The position numbers and the translations under genes were made by a program. A DNA stretch of 56,938 nt, from IMG/VR virus record IMGVR_UViG_3300022602_000115, positions 1 to 56,938 of that record; one strand, given 5' to 3'. Shown here one piece after another: positions 18,622 to 25,294 of the stretch. This DNA comes from a virus. Taxonomy: Duplodnaviria > Caudoviricetes. The notes under the pieces are model-generated. The model had not been told where the DNA came from, made no database searches, and worked only from the letters and a program-made list of their open reading frames with translations. Each line of letters opens with the position of its first letter. Position 1 is the first letter of the stretch.

Positions 18622-19095
18622 TTATGCTGCCATGTATGACTTATATCTATCTGCTGCGTATGAAGCAGCGAATGCTTTTGGTTTAACCATAGGGATGACA
18701 TTACACATACCCTTGATGTAACCAGTAGCTTCGTTAATGACGCATGAAGAACCATGAATTTCATTTGGGTTAATGTCCAAGTGAACTTCTACTTCACGAT
18801 CTTCAAGTACATCATGTAACTTCATGTACAAGTCAGCAATTTTATAAACTTCATTCATCAGGCGCATACGTGGACGATTCTTGGTTTTATCCCAATCACG
18901 TTCTCGTTGCACTTCACCAAAAATCTTGCATCCGTTGTTTCCATTAATATGAACAACAACAACCAAGATGTAATCTGCGTACCAGTCTTTACCGATCAAA
19001 TGTCTTTCAGAATCTCCACCGATGTAGATTTTAGATTCTGGACTTTGCGCCATGATGAATTCTCTTACTTCATCAATGTCAATTTGCTTACGCAT
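18622..19095 (-). CDS. RNase H-like YkuK family protein
   Basis: IYIGGDS, RLMNEV, EVHLDIN, ASYAAD; start re-set after a GAGGT SD so it no longer overlaps the tRNA. Confidence 0.85.
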   Translation of the reverse strand: MRKQIDIDEVREFIMAQSPESKIYIGGDSERHLIGKDWYADYILVVVVHINGNNGCKIFGEVQRERDWDKTKNRPRMRLMNEVYKIADLYMKLHDVLEDREVEVHLDINPNEIHGSSCVINEATGYIKGMCNVIPMVKPKAFAASYAADRYKSYMAA

Positions 19096-19112
19096 ATCAT
19101 ACCTCATTTCTA

Positions 19113-19186
19113 TGGAGCGGGACACGAGAATCGAACTCGTAACTGAAGTTTGGAAGACTGCCGTTTTACCACTAAACTAGTCCCGC
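19113..19186 (-). tRNA. tRNA-Gly(TCC)
   Basis: Cloverleaf, loop CTTCCAA, CCA. Confidence 0.95.
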
Positions 19187-19192
19187 ATTATT

Positions 19193-19266
19193 TGGCTACC
19201 CAGCAGGGATTTGAACCCCGACCAACAGTTTTGGAGACTGGTATGCTGCCGTTACACTACTGAGTA
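19193..19266 (-). tRNA. tRNA-Trp(CCA)
   Basis: Cloverleaf, loop CTCCAAA, CCA. Confidence 0.93.
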
Positions 19267-19272
19267 ATATTA

Positions 19273-19473
19273 TTAAGCGTAAGTATTTTGTGTTAGATCT
19301 TCGCTAATTGTATGTATCAATTCTGCATTCTCACCATAAACCTTAGCATTATGACCAGTACCACGTGTCATATGTTTCGCATGCTCAATTGCTTCTTCAA
19401 GAGTATTATGTGTTGATGTTGCAATTTTTAACATGCCATTGACCCAACGATGAATCTTTACTGTATGTGACAT
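19273..19473 (-). CDS. Hypothetical protein
   Basis: ORF track; AAGGA SD. Confidence 0.7.
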   Translation of the reverse strand: MSHTVKIHRWVNGMLKIATSTHNTLEEAIEHAKHMTRGTGHNAKVYGENAELIHTISEDLTQNTYA

Positions 19474-20520
19474 TTATTTTCCTTTAAAATAGTTTTCCCA
19501 AATTGCTTTGGTTTTATTTGTATATCTTTTCATGGCAAATTGATTTAAATATGTATTCAATCTAGGATATTCATACGCATTCTTTAAACCCTCAACGATT
19601 CCTGCGCTTTCAGTTGGATCGCAACGACCAACAACCTGCCATGGTATTTCTTTACTACCAATCAAAGGAACTCCCTGAGAAATTAAATCAGCACCAACGA
19701 TGTTGAATGTTTCAGAGAAGTTACATTGCATACCTAAATCCATTTGAGCACACAGTTCCAGGAACTGTTCTCTTGGTGTCCAATTATGATTGATCAACTC
19801 ATGACCTTCATCATACACATGCTGAAATAAACCCTTAAGATTATGTACAGCTGGTCCACCATTCATTTCTATTCTACCTGCATTCACGTGAAAACGCAAC
19901 TTTTTATTGATTGAGTTTGCGAACTCAATTGCAGCAATTGCCTGAACCAAGTGATTTTTTAATGGACGAATCGCACCGAAACATCCAATGTCAATATACT
20001 CTTTTGTTTTGTCTAAAGTTTTGCGTTTAAACACTTGAGGATAGTAGTTCGGTAGATAGATTACTTTATAATCCCATATTCTCCATGGCGATTTTGCTTT
20101 CATAATCTCTTTAACTTCGCGCATCATACGTGGAGCATTGCAAGCTACATAAACATTATCCATCATTGCATACTCAGGAATCCAATCCATTGCTGGACCT
20201 TCACCTGACATAAAAGGCATCTCTGAATGTAAACGAACAATCCATTTAACATTCGGATGTAATTTCTTTAATACTTGGAATTTTTCTGGGACAACCCAGA
20301 GTGCTTCAATGATTACGTGAGTTGGTTTGTAATTAGAAACTTCTCTATCGATATGATTGTTATCTGGAACAACAACCATCTTTGATTCAATGCCAGCGTC
20401 AAGTAGCATGTTATCCATAAACTTTGCTGAGTTGTATAGACCTGTGCTTAGACCTATCGTATTATCTCTTTCAACATGGTAATCATCTTTTCGTTTTAGA
20501 ACGAACAGAACCTTTGACAT
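19474..20520 (-). CDS. Putative GT-B glycosyltransferase-like protein
   Basis: FGAIRPLKN, SETFNIVGAD and GVPLIGS resemble the GT4 donor-binding region. Confidence 0.65.
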   Translation of the reverse strand: MSKVLFVLKRKDDYHVERDNTIGLSTGLYNSAKFMDNMLLDAGIESKMVVVPDNNHIDREVSNYKPTHVIIEALWVVPEKFQVLKKLHPNVKWIVRLHSEMPFMSGEGPAMDWIPEYAMMDNVYVACNAPRMMREVKEIMKAKSPWRIWDYKVIYLPNYYPQVFKRKTLDKTKEYIDIGCFGAIRPLKNHLVQAIAAIEFANSINKKLRFHVNAGRIEMNGGPAVHNLKGLFQHVYDEGHELINHNWTPREQFLELCAQMDLGMQCNFSETFNIVGADLISQGVPLIGSKEIPWQVVGRCDPTESAGIVEGLKNAYEYPRLNTYLNQFAMKRYTNKTKAIWENYFKGK

Positions 20521-20588
20521 TTTATTTAATCTTAATAGTTAACATACAACTATTTAGCGTCGTTGTAATTTTTATAGTTTTATTAAAA

Positions 20589-20664
20589 TGGTGCCCTTTT
20601 ACGGATTCGAACCGCAGACCTCCTCATTACTAATGAGATGCTCTACCAACTGAGCTAAAAGGGC
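20589..20664 (-). tRNA. tRNA-Thr(AGT)
   Basis: Cloverleaf, loop TTAGTAA, G1-C72/C2-G71, CCA. Confidence 0.9.
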
Positions 20665-20686
20665 ATTAATCGTAAATTAAATTATT

Positions 20687-20762
20687 TGGTGGCGAAGGAG
20701 AGATCCGAGCTCCCAACCTTGTCCGTATGAAGAACCTGCTCTACCAGTTGAGCTACATCGCC
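20687..20762 (-). tRNA. tRNA-Met(CAT), elongator-like, atypical T-loop
   Basis: Loop TTCATAC; T-loop CTCGGAT; CCA. Confidence 0.75.
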
Positions 20763-20880
20763 ATTTAATTTTTTGTCTAATACAAATTCACCAGGAACAC
20801 AACTATACATTCTTTGTTTGTATGGTTTGTTTGATAATTTGTACAATATTTTAAAATCATCATCTTCCATATATTTCCTT

Positions 20881-20957
20881 TGGTGCCCCAAGAGAGACTC
20901 GAACTCTCAAAATTTGGCTTCTAAGACCAACACGTATACCAATTCCGTCATCGGGGC
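20881..20957 (-). tRNA. tRNA-Leu(TAG), short variable region
   Basis: Loop CTTAGAA; 5-nt variable loop; CCA. Confidence 0.88.
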
Positions 20958-20958
20958 A

Positions 20959-21127
20959 TATTGATTAGAGTACTGTTGTGATTTTAAGAGCATTCGCTCA
21001 CTAAATGTGCATTTAAGATTACCTTCGGCATCAGTAATCATCTCCGTATGACTGGAATTGGACACTTAGCGATGTTCTTCCCTAACAGTTGGGATTGCCT
21101 TTTCTTTTGCATTCACTCTAATCAATA
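20959..21127 (-). ncRNA. Putative structured RNA closed by a 13-bp stem
   Basis: Perfect inverted repeat TATTGATTAGAGT/ACTCTAATCAATA ending next to the tRNA-Leu 5' end. Confidence 0.45.
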
Positions 21128-21313
21128 GGAACTCTCCCTAAAGAATTCCACTTGAGTCTTTTGATATTGGACGACAGTCCTCAGGTCTGAACATCCGTAA
21201 GCGAAGTCCACCATCACTCGCTTATTTTTAACGATGGGACTTGCACCCACCACGACAAAGTGAGCCACGATAAACTAGGGATGTTTACCGTAAGCCTATC
21301 GGGACTAATTTTT

Positions 21314-21389
21314 TGGTTGCGGAGTGCTGGAATCGAACCAACGACCTGGAGCTTATGAGACTCCTGAGATACCACTTCTCCAACCCGCA
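21314..21389 (-). tRNA. tRNA-Met(CAT), initiator-like but atypical
   Basis: TGCGGG...CCGCAACCA acceptor as in fMet; loop CTCATAA; lacks the three consecutive G-C pairs next to the anticodon loop. Confidence 0.75.
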
Positions 21390-21390
21390 A

Positions 21391-21756
21391 TTAAACCTTT
21401 GACCACTCTTGGATATGACTTTTGTCAATCTTTCTTTGGTCACCTTTACCATATCTTGTTACCATGGTAACAATTCTTGGCACTATGTACAACTGAAACA
21501 TTATTTCATTATTACGTTTCTTCTCAACGTAATTATAAGGTTTACCAGCTAGATATGCTCTTGCCAGTTCAGTCGCACGACTTTCATTTCTAACATTCCA
21601 CTTACGATGATTAACAAGATCATTCAGTTTCCAGATTAGACTAATGTCAGTACCTTTGGTGTATTTAATTTGTTTCTTTAACTTTTTCTCTTCACGCTTG
21701 ATTATAGATGGTTCAAGTGCTAGATGTTTTGCTTTAATTTTTAATTCGATATTCAT
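21391..21756 (-). CDS. Conserved basic phage protein of unknown function
   Basis: LKIKAKHLALE, HRKWNVRNESRATELARAYLAGKPY motif; AAGGAG SD. Confidence 0.8.
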   Translation of the reverse strand: MNIELKIKAKHLALEPSIIKREEKKLKKQIKYTKGTDISLIWKLNDLVNHRKWNVRNESRATELARAYLAGKPYNYVEKKRNNEIMFQLYIVPRIVTMVTRYGKGDQRKIDKSHIQEWSKV

Positions 21757-21804
21757 TTAATTCTCCTTGATTGTTTAAAATAAAATTCCATACAAACAAG
21801 AAGA

Positions 21805-21840
21805 TTACGGAGGGCGAATCTACAAACGCATGTCTTTCAT
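21805..21840 (-). CDS. Minigene MKDMRL-UAG (readthrough product MKDMRL-X-IRPP)
   Basis: SD GAAAGGGA; ATG AAA GAC ATG CGT TTG TAG ATT CGC CCT CCG TAA; 23 nt downstream of the suppressor tRNA. Confidence 0.55.
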
Positions 21841-21863
21841 GGCATTCCCTTTCATTAAATTTT

Positions 21864-21940
21864 TGGTGCGTCAGACAGGAATCGAACCTGCTACAAATCG
21901 TTTTAGAGACGACCACCCCTACCTTTTGGGTTCCTGACGC
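21864..21940 (-). tRNA. Amber suppressor tRNA (anticodon CTA)
   Basis: Acceptor GCGTCAG/CTGACGC-A-CCA; anticodon arm GTCGT-CTCTAAA-ACGAT; T-arm GCAGG-TTCGATT-CCTGT; G instead of U at position 8. Confidence 0.88.
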
Positions 21941-22119
21941 AGATTTTCTTTCTGTTCCTCATCATTATATATAAACGCTGGAAAGAATTTCCATCCCCAG
22001 CTTTTCCAATATTTGTGTATAATGTTATTGATTGCTACAGCAGTGACAACAATAATAATAAAAGCCATTGATGTCAAAATTGTTCCAACTAAAAATACTG
22101 CTGCTTTATCAATATCCAT
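21919..22119 (-). CDS. Small membrane protein whose UAG stop lies inside the suppressor tRNA
   Basis: Start re-set to MDIDKAAVFLVG after a TAAGGA SD; long hydrophobic helix. Confidence 0.7.
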   Translation of the reverse strand: MDIDKAAVFLVGTILTSMAFIIIVVTAVAINNIIHKYWKSWGWKFFPAFIYNDEEQKENLRQEPKR

Positions 22120-22211
22120 TTTTACTTCCTTATTACAAAATAGTCGAGACACAGTGGTTGGTGGGTCACTGTTGATTATAATTACGCACCCCAATGCGAA
22201 TTTCTCATTAC

Positions 22212-22286
22212 TGGCTCCAGAGGCAGGGATCGAACCTACGACCAATTGATTAACAGTCAACTGCACTACCGCTGTGCTACTCTGGA
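22212..22286 (-). tRNA. tRNA-Asn(GTT)
   Basis: Cloverleaf, loop CTGTTAA, CCA. Confidence 0.95.
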
Positions 22287-22384
22287 ATAAATTTCTGGTG
22301 TGTATTTCTTACACGGCTTCCAACCTTCCGTGACGTTACGGTTGCTAACTTACCTGCAGGACGCGATAGCAACTATCTTACATT

Positions 22385-22459
22385 TGGCGACTCGTAGGAG
22401 AATCGAACTCCTGTATCCACTTAGACAGAGTGGCATAATGACCATTATATTAACGAGCC
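22385..22459 (-). tRNA. tRNA-Asp(GTC)
   Basis: Cloverleaf, loop CTGTCTA, CCA. Confidence 0.93.
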
Positions 22460-22467
22460 GAAAACTT

Positions 22468-22552
22468 TGGTGGAGATGGTAAGATTCGAACCTACTAGTC
22501 CTAGGAAACAGATTTACAGTCTGCCGCACCCCTCCAACTGTGCCGCATCTCC
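22468..22552 (-). tRNA. tRNA-Tyr(GTA)
   Basis: Loop CTGTAAA, long variable arm, CCA. Confidence 0.93.
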
Positions 22553-22709
22553 ATTGTTTTTGTTTAGTGCTATCATGCCGATTTGTCAACAATGTAGCTA
22601 GCACTGACAAGCGAATAGCAGTTATATCAGGATCCGTTCCTCGCACAGTTGGACCCGAATAGTCATAGCGTCCTATGACGATACCTTGATAACACTAAAC
22701 AAAAACAAT
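22553..22709 (-). ncRNA. Putative multi-hairpin RNA closed by a 23-bp stem
   Basis: 23-bp inverted repeat (one G-U pair on the minus strand) abutting the tRNA-Tyr 5' end; internal hairpin GTCATAG-GACG-CTATGAC. Confidence 0.55.
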
Positions 22710-22767
22710 TATGGTAGGAAAGGTCGCCCAATCCTTTCTTTACTACGAGACTTGTTTATAACCTCTA

Positions 22768-22992
22768 CCATATTAAATTATACTGGGGTATTTAGCAACA
22801 ACTCTCACCCGAGAGATAGCCACGTAGTCGTCCTACGATTGGTCGCATTATACATTACAATCCAATAATATCCAGCGTCCTCCTGATATAATCTCAAGGT
22901 TTCGTGTAAACTTAAAGTGGTCAGGACGGCTCCTGATTAACACCAAATTAAGCTACCTACTGGTATTGGCAACCCAATACAATTTAATATGG
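22768..22992 (-). ncRNA. Putative structured RNA closed by a 20-bp stem starting at the tRNA-Glu CCA
   Basis: CCATATTAAATTGTATTGGG pairs with CCCAGTATAATTTAATATGG, with two G-U pairs. Confidence 0.55.
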
Positions 22993-23064
22993 TACTGCGT
23001 ACGAGAGTCGAACTCGTCTTCTCAGGTTGAAAACCTGATGTCCTAACCGATAGACGAACGCAGT
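22990..23064 (-). tRNA. tRNA-Glu(TTC)
   Basis: Cloverleaf, loop TTTTCAA, CCA. Confidence 0.93.
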
Positions 23065-23165
23065 AAAGGTGGTGGTTTTGAAAAATCTGGAGACACCACC
23101 AACCAGTTTACTTATTACCTCATGCTTCCGACTTCACGTAAAGACTTAGAGAGGATTTTCAGAAT

Positions 23166-23243
23166 TTATTCTTTTGGAGCACCTGGAGCTTTACATCCCT
23201 TTACACCATTAAAATGCCATTTCCTGCAAAATACACATTCCAT
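23166..23243 (-). CDS. 25-aa Cys-rich peptide MECVFCRKWHFNGVKGCKAPGAPKE
   Basis: AAGGA SD; lies directly downstream of a consensus promoter. Confidence 0.45.
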   Translation of the reverse strand: MECVFCRKWHFNGVKGCKAPGAPKE

Positions 23244-23272
23244 AACAAATCCTTTTTAACTTCAGAACCTTA

Positions 23273-23427
23273 ATTATATCTTAGTTTCAAATTAATGTCA
23301 AGCATTATTTTCAACTATTTTAAAATTATTTTCAAGACTCCTTATCAACTTCAGAACCTTAATTATACTCTATTTGGTATAAATGTCAAGCAATTTAAAT
23401 AATAACCTTACCAGTGTAAGGGTTATT
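23273..23427 (-). promoter_or_regulatory. Tandem duplicated sigma70 promoters inside the tRNA array, plus palindrome
   Basis: TTGACA-N17-TATAAT (23273..23301) and TTGACA-N16-TATAAT (23362..23389), both followed by TAAGGTTCTGAAGTT; palindrome at 23401..23427. Confidence 0.75.
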
Positions 23428-23428
23428 T

Positions 23429-23504
23429 TGGAGTACGTGATAGGAATCGAACCTACATAAAACAGGGTTGCAAACTGTTCCCTAGCCATTCGGGTCACAC
23501 GTAC
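23429..23504 (-). tRNA. tRNA-Cys(GCA)
   Basis: Loop TTGCAAC, U73, CCA. Confidence 0.9.
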
Positions 23505-23509
23505 ATATT

Positions 23510-23588
23510 TGGTACCTCGAGTGAGATTCGAACTCACAGAATCTTCTCCTTTTGAGAGAGACGACTTTACCAATTTGTCCATCGAGGC
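23510..23588 (-). tRNA. tRNA-Leu(CAA), short variable region
   Basis: Loop CTCAAAA; ~7-nt variable region; CCA. Confidence 0.88.
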
Positions 23589-23589
23589 A

Positions 23590-23664
23590 TGGTGGGCTCA
23601 CCGAGATTCGAACTCGAACCTTATCAATTATGAGTTGACGGCACTACCTTTATGCTATAAGCCC
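23590..23664 (-). tRNA. tRNA-CAT, probably Ile2 (lysidine type)
   Basis: Loop CTCATAA; GGGCTTA acceptor; Ile2 versus Met identity is inferred. Confidence 0.75.
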
Positions 23665-23670
23665 AACAAC

Positions 23671-23745
23671 TGGGGCGGCAAGAAGGAATCGAACCCTCAT
23701 TCGTAGGGTAGAAGCCTACTGTATTGTCCATTATACGATCGCCGC
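23671..23745 (-). tRNA. tRNA-Arg(TCT)
   Basis: Arm GTAGG-CTTCTAC-CCTAC; CCA. Confidence 0.92.
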
Positions 23746-23751
23746 AAAAAC

Positions 23752-23837
23752 TGGTACGAGTGGAGGGACTTGAACCCTCAATCCATTACTGGCGACAGAT
23801 TTTAAGTCTGTAGTGTATACCATTCCACCACACTCGC
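23752..23837 (-). tRNA. tRNA-Leu(TAA)
   Basis: Loop CTTAAAA, long variable arm, CCA. Confidence 0.93.
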
Positions 23838-23839
23838 AT

Positions 23840-23929
23840 TGGCAGTGAGTCAGGGAGTCGAACCCTGTGACCTGCTTTCACAAGTCTACGGATTAGCAAT
23901 CCGCTGCATTACCATCCTGCCCACTCACT
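23840..23929 (-). tRNA. tRNA-Ser(GCT)
   Basis: Loop TTGCTAA, long variable arm, G73, CCA. Confidence 0.92.
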
Positions 23930-24482
23930 AATAATTGCCATTGGTAAATCCTACTGTACCACCCTCATCTTTAATCTTTTGGATTACTTGCTCAAACAAG
24001 ATGGGTCTGAAGTCTGTTTGTTCAACGCAGACAGAGTGGTACCTCGGATCAATTTTACCATTCAACATAACACGATTACTATGCAAGTGACCATGAATGT
24101 TAACACCAAATCTACCCAACGAATCGCTATGAATAGGTATGTGGCTTAAGATCATTCCATTCATCACGTGGTATGCACGTAACTCACGAAAGTGTTCACG
24201 GTAGTCGTCATCTTTAAAGATGTCATGGTTACCACGAATTAAAACCTTATCGCCATTTAACCTACGCATGATTCCCAATGCTTTGCGATTGATAACAACA
24301 TCACCAAGATGATAAACTTTATCTGTTGGCTTTACTGTTTCGTTCCACATTTTAACCATGGCTTCATCCATTTCTTCGGCATTATCCCATGGTCTTAATT
24401 TTGTCACACCATCGTCACGAGTGAACCTGCATACACCAGCATGACCGAAGTGCGTATCACTTACTAAAAATACACTTGGCAT
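23928..24482 (-). CDS. Calcineurin-like metallophosphoesterase
   Basis: SDTHFGH, HLGDV, RGNHD, LSHIP, HGHLH. Confidence 0.9.
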   Translation of the reverse strand: MPSVFLVSDTHFGHAGVCRFTRDDGVTKLRPWDNAEEMDEAMVKMWNETVKPTDKVYHLGDVVINRKALGIMRRLNGDKVLIRGNHDIFKDDDYREHFRELRAYHVMNGMILSHIPIHSDSLGRFGVNIHGHLHSNRVMLNGKIDPRYHSVCVEQTDFRPILFEQVIQKIKDEGGTVGFTNGNY

Positions 24483-24509
24483 ATACAACTCCTTTTCAAT
24501 TTAATCATT

Positions 24510-24538
24510 ATTATACCTTACTTCTTAATCAAAGTAAA
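24510..24538 (-). promoter_or_regulatory. Sigma70-type promoter
   Basis: TTTACT-N17-TATAAT; near-identical to the promoter at 33682..33710. Confidence 0.7.
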
Positions 24539-24548
24539 GCATTATTTT

Positions 24549-24642
24549 TGGCGGAGAGCAGAGGAGTCGAACCCCATCCACATTTCTGCAGAACCCAGTT
24601 TTCAAGGCTGGTCGGGGAACCAACTCCCCTGCATTACTCTCC
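24549..24642 (-). tRNA. tRNA-Ser(TGA)
   Basis: Loop CTTGAAA, long variable arm, CCA. Confidence 0.92.
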
Positions 24643-24647
24643 ATATT

Positions 24648-24723
24648 TGGTACCCAATAGAGGAATCGAACCTCTACCTCTGCGTTCGTAGCACAGTATG
24701 ATCATCCATTTCACCAATCGGGC
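24648..24723 (-). tRNA. tRNA-Arg(ACG)
   Basis: Loop CTACGAA, CCA. Confidence 0.92.
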
Positions 24724-24729
24724 ATAACT

Positions 24730-24803
24730 TGGTACCTCGTGACAGAATCGAACTGCCGTATCCCACTTGTAAGGAGGGTGTTTTACCATTCAACTAACGA
24801 GGC
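24730..24803 (-). tRNA. tRNA-Val(TAC)
   Basis: Loop CTTACAA, CCA. Confidence 0.92.
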
Positions 24804-24809
24804 AAAATT

Positions 24810-24884
24810 TGGTGGACCGTAAGAGAATCGAACTCTTACCTCTGACGTGCAAAGCCAGCGTGCTCCCATTATCACTAACAGCCC
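24810..24884 (-). tRNA. tRNA-Ala(TGC)
   Basis: Loop TTTGCAC, G3-U70, CCA. Confidence 0.93.
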
Positions 24885-24891
24885 AAAACAT

Positions 24892-24968
<77 letters not shown>

Positions 24969-24976
24969 ATAAAAAC

Positions 24977-25050
24977 TGGTGCTCCGCGACAGAATCGAAC
25001 TGCCGTCTTCGGATTACAAAACCGACATAATGCCATTATACTAGCAGAGC
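24977..25050 (-). tRNA. tRNA-Thr(TGT)
   Basis: Loop TTTGTAA, CCA. Confidence 0.93.
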
Positions 25051-25053
25051 AAT

Positions 25054-25127
25054 TGGTTCCTTCGACAAGAATTGAACTTGTATCTATCGGTTATCAGCCG
25101 ATTGCTCTACCACTGAGCTACGAAGGA
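25054..25127 (-). tRNA. tRNA-Ile(GAT)
   Basis: Loop CTGATAA, CCA. Confidence 0.93.
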
Positions 25128-25136
25128 ATAAAACTT

Positions 25137-25212
25137 TGGTGCAACCTGTAGGAATCGAACCTACTTCAATGGCTCTTCAGACCACCGCTATGACCACATC
25201 AGCTAAAGTTGC
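25137..25212 (-). tRNA. tRNA-Phe(GAA)
   Basis: Loop CTGAAGA, CCA. Confidence 0.93.
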
Positions 25213-25214
25213 AT

Positions 25215-25290
25215 TGGGGTATTCTATGAGGATCGAACTCATACTATCTCGGTCACAGCGAGAGGTGCAGACCACTACACTAAGAACACC
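25215..25290 (-). tRNA. tRNA-His(GTG)
   Basis: Loop CTGTGAC, G-1:C73, CCA. Confidence 0.92.
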
Positions 25291-25294
25291 ACTG

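Noticed and set aside
21864-21940. Pyrrolysine tRNA
   Set aside because: It has a standard 5-bp anticodon stem, 5-nt variable loop, TTC T-loop and A73, unlike tRNA-Pyl; no pyl genes in the window.
22553-22709. Hammerhead ribozyme
   Set aside because: The CUGAnGA and GAAA core elements are not present in the right arrangement.
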